Source: Bacteroidia bacterium (GTDB lineage: Bacteria > Bacteroidota > Bacteroidia > NS11-12g > UBA955). From it: a DNA stretch of 64,000 bases. Location of the stretch: NCBI GenBank assembly GCA_044368575.1, contig JBIPPH010000008.1, positions 1,408 to 65,407 of the forward strand, written 5' to 3'. Positions 1-7,886 of the stretch are shown here, piece after piece. Within the stretch, counting starts at the first letter, position 1, and every line of letters begins with the position of its first letter. The position numbers and the translations under genes were made by a program. The notes below the pieces were generated by a model. The model did not search any database, had not been told where the DNA came from, and saw only the letters and a program-made list of their open reading frames with translations.

Positions 1-331
1 GCTCTCTGAATACTGTACCATCCAAAATATTTCTGATGGTACCATTTGGAGACTTCCACATTTGTTTCAAAGAGAATTCTTTTACTCTGGCTTCATCAGG
101 GGTAATGGTTGCACATTTGATCCCAACATGGTATTGTTTAATTGCCTCAGCAGCATCTACAGTCACTTGGTCATTGGTAGCATCTCTATGCTCAATACCT
201 AAATCATAATATTTGATATCAAGGTCTAAGTATGGGAGAATCAATTTGTCTTTGATAAACTTCCAGATAATTCTGGTCATTTCATCACCATCTAATTCAA
301 CTACAGGGTTGGCAACTTTAATTTTATTCAT
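1..331 (-). CDS. icd: NADP-dependent isocitrate dehydrogenase, N-terminal part (gene runs off the left edge)
   Basis: My reverse-strand translation from the ATG at 331-329 gives [57 protein letters not shown]...[34 protein letters not shown]. This is the typical N-terminus of eukaryote-like homodimeric IDH. The ORF track omits it because it is truncated. Confidence 0.85.
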   Translation of the reverse strand, partial: MNKIKVANPVVELDGDEMTRIIWKFIKDKLILPYLDLDIKYYDLGIEHRDATNDQVTVDAAEAIKQYHVGIKCATITPDEARVKEFSLKQMWKSPNGTIRNILDGTVFRE

Positions 332-389
332 ATTGTGGTTTCAATTTGGGAATGCAAATGTAAAAATTTATGTTGGGATTTGAAAACCT

Positions 390-410
390 CAGGGCATAAA
401 AAAAGCCCTG
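390..410 (-). terminator. Putative hairpin terminator after the small basic ORF
   Basis: CAGGGC-N9-GCCCTG inverted repeat 36 nt downstream of the stop at 446. The trailing T-run on the minus strand is short, so the call is weak. Confidence 0.35.
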
Positions 411-445
411 TAAAAATACAGAGCTTTGAAATAGGTTTATAGCGA

Positions 446-595
446 TTAAGCTTGGTCTTCTAATACAATACCAGAAGTACCTTTAAAAGGTGACTGAATG
501 TAAACCATCTTGTTGACATTCTTCAAGTTAGTTTTTCTAACACGTGTCATTTCTTTGTTTCTTCTGTCTTTTCGCTTAAGTCTTGTAACAGCCAT
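446..595 (-). CDS. Small, very basic hypothetical protein (49 aa, MAVTRLKRKDRRNKEMTRVRK...)
   Basis: A -7 box lies inside the longer ORF-track version, so the start at the internal Met (cat at 593-595) is preferred. The N-terminal half is Lys/Arg-rich and the tail is acidic. I do not recognise the family. Confidence 0.5.
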   Translation of the reverse strand: MAVTRLKRKDRRNKEMTRVRKTNLKNVNKMVYIQSPFKGTSGIVLEDQA

Positions 596-615
596 GATCT
601 TTAAATTTGAGGGTG

Positions 616-623
616 CAAATATA
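616..623 (-). promoter_or_regulatory. Bacteroidetes -7 box (TATATTTG) for the small basic ORF
   Basis: Exact TAnnTTTG match on the minus strand, 20 nt upstream of the ATG at 595. Confidence 0.5.
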
Positions 624-670
624 GGTTTTAATTCGGATCCAAACAAATATTACTAAAAAAAATTATAGAA

Positions 671-2230
671 CTAAGATTTTGACTCTAAGGCAATAATGGG
701 CACTAGCATTTCCTCTAGCGATATACCGCCGTGTTGAAAGGTGTTGCTGTAATATTTAACGTAGTGGTTATAATTGTTGGGGTAGGCAAAAAAATCGTCC
801 TCTTTGCAAACCACAAAACACTGACTCACATTCACTTTTGGCAAATAGGCCATTTCAGGCTTTTTGATTTCAAACACTTCCTTAGGGTCGTAAGTTAAAT
901 TCTTACCTTGCTTATACCTCAAATTAGAATTGGTGTTTTTATCGCCAATCACTTTAACAGCCTTATTAACTCTCACAGAGCCATGGTCTGTAGTGATAAT
1001 GACTTTACAAGGCTTTTCTGCAATTAATTGCATGGCTTCCCACAAAGGCGAATGTTTGAACCAACTTTCAGTAACAGAGCGATAGGCCGCTTCATCTTCA
1101 GCCAATTCTCTAATAATGCTCACATCGGTTCTGGCATGTGAAAACGCATCAACGAAATTGTATACAATGGCATTGATCTGGTTTTGAAACATATTGGGAA
1201 TTTTGTCAACCAAAGCTTTGCCGCCATCTAGATTGGTAACCTTAGTGTAACTGCTTTTCCCTTTGATTTGCAGTCTTGATAACAAATCTTTGAAAAAGTC
1301 CTCTTCAAAATTATTTTTTCCCCCTTCATCCTCGTCATTACTCCATTTTTGAGGGAAACGTTTTTCAATTTCACTTGGCAATAAACCACTGAAAATGGCA
1401 TTTCTGCAATACTGAGTGGTGGTTGGCAATATGGTTAAGTACTGATCTTCTGATTCTAGTTTAAAGCGGTCTTTGATGATGGGGGCAATGGCTTTCCACT
1501 GATCAAATCTTAAATTATCTATTAAAATGAAGAAGGTCGGCACTTGCTCATTAATGAGGGGCTTAACACAACGTCTAAAAAGATTATGACTCATCACAGG
1601 CCCGTTATCTCCTACTGGCTGCAAAAAGTCAAAATAGTGTTTGGTTATGAATTTACTGAAGGTATGATTGGCTTCTTTCTTCTGGTTTTCATACACTTCA
1701 TTCATGCTCTTATCCGCATTTTTACCCAATTCCAATTCCCAAAACACCAGTTTATTGTATACTGCTTTCCACTCGTTCAAATCCATGTTATCCATGAGTT
1801 TGTTGCTGATGTGTCTGAAATCTATCTGATAGTTAGAATTGGTTTTCTCGTTGACCAAGCGAGAACGGTCAAGCAGTTTTTTAATCGATAATAAAATTTG
1901 ATTAGGGTTAACAGGTTTGATCAAATAATCAGCAATTTGAGACCCTATGGCATCGTCCATAATGTACTCCTCTTCACTCTTGGTAATCATAACCACCTGT
2001 ACATCATTTTGATTGGCTTTAATCTTACTCAATGTTTCTAAGCCACTTATGCCTGGCATATTCTCGTCTAAAAACACCAAATCAGGTTGGTGGGTTAACG
2101 CCAATGCTATGGCATCGTTACCATTATTAACGGTAATCATTTCATACCCTTTTTGTTCGAGAAACAAAATATGTGGCTTTAAGAGGTCGATTTCATCGTC
2201 GGCCCATAGGATTTTAATTTTTTGACTCAT
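671..2230 (-). CDS. porX: PorX-type response regulator: CheY-like receiver fused to a PglZ/alkaline-phosphatase-like domain (T9SS regulator)
   Basis: The N-terminus KILWADDEIDLLKPHILFLEQKGY...DLVFLDENMPGISGLE..ITKSEEE...IADYLIKP is a receiver domain. About 380 aa of PglZ-like sequence follow. The 519-aa length matches PorX. Confidence 0.85.
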   Translation of the reverse strand: MSQKIKILWADDEIDLLKPHILFLEQKGYEMITVNNGNDAIALALTHQPDLVFLDENMPGISGLETLSKIKANQNDVQVVMITKSEEEYIMDDAIGSQIADYLIKPVNPNQILLSIKKLLDRSRLVNEKTNSNYQIDFRHISNKLMDNMDLNEWKAVYNKLVFWELELGKNADKSMNEVYENQKKEANHTFSKFITKHYFDFLQPVGDNGPVMSHNLFRRCVKPLINEQVPTFFILIDNLRFDQWKAIAPIIKDRFKLESEDQYLTILPTTTQYCRNAIFSGLLPSEIEKRFPQKWSNDEDEGGKNNFEEDFFKDLLSRLQIKGKSSYTKVTNLDGGKALVDKIPNMFQNQINAIVYNFVDAFSHARTDVSIIRELAEDEAAYRSVTESWFKHSPLWEAMQLIAEKPCKVIITTDHGSVRVNKAVKVIGDKNTNSNLRYKQGKNLTYDPKEVFEIKKPEMAYLPKVNVSQCFVVCKEDDFFAYPNNYNHYVKYYSNTFQHGGISLEEMLVPIIALESKS

Positions 2231-3504
2231 TTTTTTGCTGAGGAATTAGAACTGATAACGCCCAATAGTTCATCGTATTGCATAAACTGATTTTTATTGT
2301 ACAATAAAATCTGATAATCGTTTTCGGTGTTGCTAAAATCACCTTCTGTAGACGACAAATCCGCAACATTATTAGCGCCAGGCAGCACATACCAATAGTT
2401 GTAATACGCTTGTTTTAACATGATCATTTTCTCGTATTGCAGAGCTTTTGGGTTCCACTCCATTTTAAAATCTTCTTTCAACTGCCAATCACTTAACTCC
2501 CCAAAAATATAAACATCTTTAGGCAACTGATCACTGATCAAATTGAAATGAACTGCGGCATAATCTGCCCCTATCTCAGCTTTAGCAATACCATCGCGGT
2601 TATCGATGACTACTTTACCGTTAAAATCAATGGTTTGAACATATGGCAAATTGCTTCTGATAGCATCAGCGTATAATACTGCATGCTTAACATTGTTTTC
2701 GTCGTATTTTCGGCGCACATTAGGGCTCAAGTACCTTAAATTCCTAATATCAAAATATCTGAATTCATTTCCCCCTAAAAACAAATTACCAGTTTCGTAA
2801 TTGTAATCTAAAATCTTGCCGTTAATGAACCTTGGCTTTAAATCAAAAATTGCATTGTCCCAACAAAGGTTCTGCATAATGGTAGCCTTCACATCCATCA
2901 TGGGATTTGGAACGATGTTATCTCCCATGTTCACTGAAAAATCAATCTCTTGTGAGTTAAAACGCACATTTGGATTAGTAGCTACTTTGACACTTGGAGT
3001 GATCACAAATTTATCATCAACCACCATAAAACGCCTAGTCAATATCAAATCGTTTTCATCAAAGTTTCTGTATACTTTTAAAATATAGTTACCAGACAAT
3101 CTTGGGTTCATGTCATTTTCAGGAAAATTGATTTGGTAATGTGTGTACACCTGAAAAGTGGTTGTAGAAAAAGAATAGTTATTAATGTTTAAAAACAAAT
3201 TGCCTGTTAGATATTCATTGGGCTTCAAATTGGAAGGCTTCCAATCCGAACTACAATGGATGAATGTATATTGATAATTATCGCTTTCAGGCATCATATC
3301 ATCAAACTCAATATGCAATTGTTGATTACTCCCTAAATCAATTACTGGAAAACGTTCAAGACCTCCAGCTTGGGTTAAAATGACCGTTTTAATATTGCTT
3401 TCGTAAGCTGTATTGGTATAGCTTATTGGCAGGTAAGCAGCATTTAGACATTGGCAACAAACCATTGCCAATAAAAAGAAAAGCCCTTGTTTCTTGGTGT
3501 GCAT
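2227..3504 (-). CDS. DUF5103 / T9SS plug-protein-like secreted protein
   Basis: Signal peptide MHTKKQGLFFLLAMVCC. The motif YQYTFIHCSSDWKPSNL..EYL and SGNYILKVY are as I recall them for the DUF5103 (T9SS_plug) family. The start is set at the internal Met so it abuts the ABC-F stop, and its own stop overlaps the porX ATG (ATGA). Confidence 0.65.
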   Translation of the reverse strand: MHTKKQGLFFLLAMVCCQCLNAAYLPISYTNTAYESNIKTVILTQAGGLERFPVIDLGSNQQLHIEFDDMMPESDNYQYTFIHCSSDWKPSNLKPNEYLTGNLFLNINNYSFSTTTFQVYTHYQINFPENDMNPRLSGNYILKVYRNFDENDLILTRRFMVVDDKFVITPSVKVATNPNVRFNSQEIDFSVNMGDNIVPNPMMDVKATIMQNLCWDNAIFDLKPRFINGKILDYNYETGNLFLGGNEFRYFDIRNLRYLSPNVRRKYDENNVKHAVLYADAIRSNLPYVQTIDFNGKVVIDNRDGIAKAEIGADYAAVHFNLISDQLPKDVYIFGELSDWQLKEDFKMEWNPKALQYEKMIMLKQAYYNYWYVLPGANNVADLSSTEGDFSNTENDYQILLYNKNQFMQYDELLGVISSNSSAKK

Positions 3505-3505
3505 A

Positions 3506-5404
3506 TTATAACTGTATGAGTTGTTCAAACAAGACTTCAAAGTCTTTGTTTTTTGCATTAATTTGAAGTTCAATTTGTTTATACTGTTCAGAAACAGTGC
3601 CAAAATCATTGTGGTTCTGCAATTGAGCTAATTGAGACTCAATAATAGTCTTCTCTAGTTGCAACGCTTCAATCTCTTTTTCTAAAACCTCTATCTGTTT
3701 TTGCAATTGTTTCTTAAGTTTTACGGCATCGTTATTATCGTTTTTTGGCTCAATTGCTTGCTCTTTGGGCTTTTCTATTTTATTAGATTTCACCTGAGTT
3801 TGAGTCTTTTGACGCTGTTGCATGAAGTACTTCCACTCGTCATAAGTGCCAAGATATTCTTTAATATCATCTTCTTCAATCCACCATATTTTGTTGGCTA
3901 CATTGGCAATGAAATAACGGTCGTGCGACACGGTTATAAAAGTGCCTTCAAATTGTTGCAATGCCTGAATCAGAATATTCATGCTCTGAATATCCAAGTG
4001 ATTGGTAGGCTCATCCAGCAATAAAAAATTAGCCTCATGCACTAGGGTTTTAGCCAAAGCCACCCTAGCCTTTTCACCACCACTTAAGACTTTAATTTTC
4101 TTGTAAACATCATCTCCTGTAAACAAAAAACAGCCCAAAATAGTCCTTAATTCATTTTCAGTCTTAGTAGAACTCATGTGGACCAATTCTTCTAGAATCT
4201 CATGCTGCACATTTAAAGATTCTAATTGGTGCTGCGCGTAAAAGGTCTTCTCAACATTATGCCCGTATTCTACTGAACCGATAATGGCTTCACTTTGATC
4301 AATGATTCTCAACAATGTTGATTTACCTTTACCGTTGGCACCTATCAAAGCAATTTTATCCCCTCTTTGAATTTGGGCATTGGCCTGCTTAAAAATCACT
4401 TGATCGCCGTATTGTTTATCAATGTTTTTAAGGGTAGTAATTACTTTACCAGGCTGTTGTCTGACCTTGAACTTTAAGTTCATAACCGCCTCATCGTTTT
4501 GCACTTCTTCAATGCGTTCAATTTTATCGAGCATTTTCATTCTCGATTGAGCCATATTGGCCTTGCTGGCTTTGGCTTTGAATCGATCTATCAATCGTTC
4601 TTGTTGTTTGATAAAGCTCTGTTGGTTTTCAAAGGCTCGTTGTTGCAGTTCATCTCTCTCCACTTTTAACTCTAAAAACTTAGAGTAATTTCCGGCCCAT
4701 TGATAAACTTTCTTATTGGCAACCTCAACAATTTTGGTGACCATACGATCCAAGAACAATCTATCGTGCGATACGATAATAACAGTGCCTTGATAGGATT
4801 GCAAATATTCTTCAATCCATTCAATTGATGGTAAATCCAAGTGGTTGGTAGGCTCATCCAACAATAGTAATTTAGGGTTTTGTAAAAGTAACTTGGCCAA
4901 CATTACACGCATTCTCCAGCCTCCACTAAACTCGTTTAATGGTCTTTGCAAATCAGCGGTTTTAAATCCTAAACCTTCTAAAATTTCTTCGGTTTTGAAT
5001 TGAATATTGTAACCGTCTAAAGCTTCAAACTGCTCTTGTTTATCGCCCAATAAATTCAGAATTTCATCAGAATGATCTGTTTCCATTCTTTGAATAATGG
5101 CATCAATTTCAGTTTGCAGGGCAAGGGCTTTATCAAAGGCTTGAAGGGCAACATGATAAATACTATCATGGCTTTCATAACTCAATAAATCCTGATTTAA
5201 AAACCCAATACTACAATCCTTGGCTTTTGAAAGATTGCCTTCTGTAGGCTTGTACTCACCAGTAATAATGCGGAGTAAAGTAGATTTGCCGGTACCATTT
5301 TGACCCACCAAACCTATGCGCTCACCTGGTTTTATTTGCCAGTTGACATCGCTGTATAAATAACGACCTCCAAAGTCGAAAGCTAAATCGTTTAAAGTTA
5401 ACAT
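3506..5404 (-). CDS. ABC-F family ATPase (two ABC domains, C-terminal coiled coil)
   Basis: Two Walker A sites (GQNGTGKST, GANGKGKST), two LSGG signatures (FSGGWRMR, LSGGEKAR) and no transmembrane segments. Confidence 0.9.
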   Translation of the reverse strand: MLTLNDLAFDFGGRYLYSDVNWQIKPGERIGLVGQNGTGKSTLLRIITGEYKPTEGNLSKAKDCSIGFLNQDLLSYESHDSIYHVALQAFDKALALQTEIDAIIQRMETDHSDEILNLLGDKQEQFEALDGYNIQFKTEEILEGLGFKTADLQRPLNEFSGGWRMRVMLAKLLLQNPKLLLLDEPTNHLDLPSIEWIEEYLQSYQGTVIIVSHDRLFLDRMVTKIVEVANKKVYQWAGNYSKFLELKVERDELQQRAFENQQSFIKQQERLIDRFKAKASKANMAQSRMKMLDKIERIEEVQNDEAVMNLKFKVRQQPGKVITTLKNIDKQYGDQVIFKQANAQIQRGDKIALIGANGKGKSTLLRIIDQSEAIIGSVEYGHNVEKTFYAQHQLESLNVQHEILEELVHMSSTKTENELRTILGCFLFTGDDVYKKIKVLSGGEKARVALAKTLVHEANFLLLDEPTNHLDIQSMNILIQALQQFEGTFITVSHDRYFIANVANKIWWIEEDDIKEYLGTYDEWKYFMQQRQKTQTQVKSNKIEKPKEQAIEPKNDNNDAVKLKKQLQKQIEVLEKEIEALQLEKTIIESQLAQLQNHNDFGTVSEQYKQIELQINAKNKDFEVLFEQLIQL

Positions 5405-5412
5405 GAAACAGG

Positions 5413-5420
5413 CAAAAGTA
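5413..5420 (-). promoter_or_regulatory. -7 box (TACTTTTG) for the ABC-F/plug/porX transcription unit
   Basis: Exact TAnnTTTG on the minus strand, 8 nt upstream of the ATG at 5404. Confidence 0.5.
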
Positions 5421-5476
5421 CAATAATTACGGGGAATTTAGGTATTAATCTTATCTTAATTTTAAGCCTTTTTAGC

Positions 5477-5484
5477 TAATTTTG
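5477..5484 (+). promoter_or_regulatory. -7 box (TAATTTTG) abutting the DsbA-like start
   Basis: Exact TAnnTTTG, 4 nt upstream of the ATG at 5489. Confidence 0.5.
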
Positions 5485-5488
5485 TCGC

Positions 5489-6133
5489 ATGAAAATTGAA
5501 ATCTGGAGCGACATAGCCTGTCCATTTTGTTACATTGGCAAACGCCATCTTGAGCAAGCTTTGTTAAAGTTTAACAGCACAATCAACTTTGACATTGAAT
5601 GGAAAAGCTACCAGCTTCAGCCTGACTTACAAATTACTGAAGCCAAAGGATTAGATGTCTATTTGGCTGAAATCAAAGGGTGGTCTTTAAGTCAAGCGCA
5701 GGAAATGAACCAACAAGTTAGCCAAATGGCCAAAGCCTGTGGCTTAAACTACCAGCTTAACAAAGCTATTGTTGCTAACACTTTAAAAGCACACCAATTG
5801 ATACAATTAGCCAAAACCAAGCTGATGGGAGATGCCGCTGAAGAGGCCTTGTTTAAAGCTTATTTCACTGAAGGCAAAGACCTTAATGACGAAAACGAAT
5901 TGTGCACAATCGCTGAGAGTATGGGCATTTCGAGTCATGAAATGGCTGCTGTATTTAAAAACCAGGCATATGTAGACGAGGTTAAACGCGAACAATTTGA
6001 AGCCCAACAGCTTCAAGTAAGAGGCGTTCCTTTCTTTTTATTCAATGATCAATATGCCATTTCTGGCGCCCAACCGGTTGAAACTTTCGAATCAGTTATT
6101 CAACAAATATTAACGACAGAACAAAACCAATAA
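5489..6133 (+). CDS. DsbA/FrnE-family thiol oxidoreductase
   Basis: The N-terminal IEIWSDIACPFCYIGKR carries a CPFC active site, and the thioredoxin-fold length matches the family. Confidence 0.85.
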   Translation: MKIEIWSDIACPFCYIGKRHLEQALLKFNSTINFDIEWKSYQLQPDLQITEAKGLDVYLAEIKGWSLSQAQEMNQQVSQMAKACGLNYQLNKAIVANTLKAHQLIQLAKTKLMGDAAEEALFKAYFTEGKDLNDENELCTIAESMGISSHEMAAVFKNQAYVDEVKREQFEAQQLQVRGVPFFLFNDQYAISGAQPVETFESVIQQILTTEQNQ

Positions 6134-6144
6134 GTTTAACTCAA

Positions 6145-6576
6145 TTAAGGTTGTATCTGAATTGAAATTGTATTGTTAACAAAGCTAGTTTTAAATGCCT
6201 TTAGGGATTGAGTAGCTGGTTCTGTTAAGACTTTGCCTGTGTAGTCAAACTTACTGCCATGAGATGGACAAAACACCTCTTTATTGTTCACAAACACCGG
6301 ATTATCGTAATGCGTGCATTTTAACAAAACAGCTGAATAATTGGCATTACTTAAATAATATAACAACACATCGTATTCCAAATCATCAGTTCTAAGGACA
6401 AGTGTTTTTTGAAGTTCATTGCACAAAGAAGCATCTACATTAATTACCTTGTTAAGAACAGTTACTTTAAGAATTTTCGCAGTAGCACAACCTTCAAATA
6501 AAGTCAAAACAGAAACACCCGCAGCCATCCCTGCACATACCATACAACTGCGTTTTATAAAGGATCTTCTCTTCAT
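6145..6576 (-). CDS. Small Rieske [2Fe-2S] protein with a twin-arginine signal
   Basis: MKRRSFIKRS is a Tat motif. The Rieske ligands are CTHYDN...CPSHGSKF (CxH...CxxH). Confidence 0.8.
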   Translation of the reverse strand: MKRRSFIKRSCMVCAGMAAGVSVLTLFEGCATAKILKVTVLNKVINVDASLCNELQKTLVLRTDDLEYDVLLYYLSNANYSAVLLKCTHYDNPVFVNNKEVFCPSHGSKFDYTGKVLTEPATQSLKAFKTSFVNNTISIQIQP

Positions 6577-7781
6577 TAGAAATTATAACCCAAGCCTAAA
6601 TTCACCCACCAATTTTTGGCCAAGTAGCTTGATATTTCTTGAGGTTGGTACAATACTGGATTCACTGCTCCACCCACACGATTGACTACATCAAATTTTA
6701 TGGCTACTCCGACTGTTGGCTTGTAGGTTAAACCCATGGTTAAAAACTTTTGGTTTAGCGCATCATCTTTAATGCCGTTGTCAGGCATTTTTGCATTCAA
6801 ATTTACCCATTCATAACGAGCAAACAATAAACATTTTTTAGCAAAAATATCACCGCGCTTTAAGAGGTTGCGATAGAGTTCAATAAACGCGCCATTCATG
6901 TTACTAGCAACATTTGAAGCATATGCTCTGTTGATTGCAAAGGCATCTGGAATTTGAATAGAGGCATACATTGCCTTCGCACCCCACTGATCTGCAGTAT
7001 ATTGAACGTTGCACTCGGCAAGCGCTACAGGTGTTCCAAACGCTCCACCATTGAGCATTAAACTATCAGCCATTTTCGGAGCTAAGCCAACAGTTCCGCC
7101 ATAATAACCTGAAGCTTGTATTCTAAAACGTTTGTAGTAGTATAATGCTGCGCCATGTAATGCAATATTATTTATCGTGGCATTTTCTCCTTGATAACGT
7201 CCCTTTCTTATTCCAGATGTCCTGTTAAATTTTTCACTGTTTAAACCATTGGTTAAACCGATATAGTAGTTAAATCCTGGTAAACGATTGGACTGACCAT
7301 ACAAACCCACACCCATTTCTCTCCAAGTTGAAGGTATAATAAATCGCTCTACAAAATGCCTCTGATTACCATTATAGGTTGTTGGCAAATGATTTTCATT
7401 AATGATTCCAATTCTAGGAATATACAATCCTGCAATGATGTAATTATTCTTATTCAAGTCAAACTTAATAAAGGCTTGTTCAATAGAAAATTCTCCACTA
7501 TTGCCATTGGATAGTTTGGCATTTTCTAATTCCATTTCAGAAAATAAAGTTACTTTTTTAGAGAACCTATGGCCAAAGAATGTCACAAACCTTGTGAAAT
7601 TGACTTGACCTGTTTGAGCGCCTGTATTATATGAGGCGAAACATTCACCGTATCCACTTAAAATGGTTGTTTTAGTTGATACTTGTAAACCAGCAGCCAA
7701 TGAATCTTCTTTAGTTAAAATTTGTGCTTTTAATTGAAAGCCTGCGAATAAGACCAATAAGAGTATAAATTTGATTTTCAT
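6576..7781 (-). CDS. Outer-membrane porin-like beta-barrel protein
   Basis: Signal peptide MKIKFILLLVLFAGFQLKAQ, alternating beta-strand pattern, and a C-terminal ...LGLGYNF ending in an aromatic residue. The stop overlaps the Rieske start. Confidence 0.6.
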   Translation of the reverse strand: MKIKFILLLVLFAGFQLKAQILTKEDSLAAGLQVSTKTTILSGYGECFASYNTGAQTGQVNFTRFVTFFGHRFSKKVTLFSEMELENAKLSNGNSGEFSIEQAFIKFDLNKNNYIIAGLYIPRIGIINENHLPTTYNGNQRHFVERFIIPSTWREMGVGLYGQSNRLPGFNYYIGLTNGLNSEKFNRTSGIRKGRYQGENATINNIALHGAALYYYKRFRIQASGYYGGTVGLAPKMADSLMLNGGAFGTPVALAECNVQYTADQWGAKAMYASIQIPDAFAINRAYASNVASNMNGAFIELYRNLLKRGDIFAKKCLLFARYEWVNLNAKMPDNGIKDDALNQKFLTMGLTYKPTVGVAIKFDVVNRVGGAVNPVLYQPQEISSYLAKNWWVNLGLGYNF

Positions 7782-7786
7782 GGCCG

Positions 7787-7794
7787 CAAAATTA
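7787..7794 (-). promoter_or_regulatory. -7 box (TAATTTTG) abutting the porin start
   Basis: Exact TAnnTTTG on the minus strand, 5 nt upstream of the ATG at 7781 and downstream of the pckA terminator. Confidence 0.5.
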
Positions 7795-7840
7795 TATTTA
7801 TTTAGACTAATTACAAATAATATTTGTCATAATTTTGAAA

Positions 7841-7865
7841 TAAAAAAAGCACCCTAAGGTGCTTT
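7841..7865 (-). terminator. Rho-independent terminator of pckA
   Basis: On the minus strand: AAAGCACC-ttag-GGTGCTTT followed by a T-run, about 20 nt after the pckA stop. Confidence 0.8.
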
Positions 7866-7886
7866 AATAGAGAAGCTTAAGTAATA

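Noticed and set aside
1544-2225. Plus-strand ORFs of 115 aa and 70 aa inside porX
   Set aside because: They are antisense shadows of a well-supported gene and have no promoter motif or recognisable protein features.
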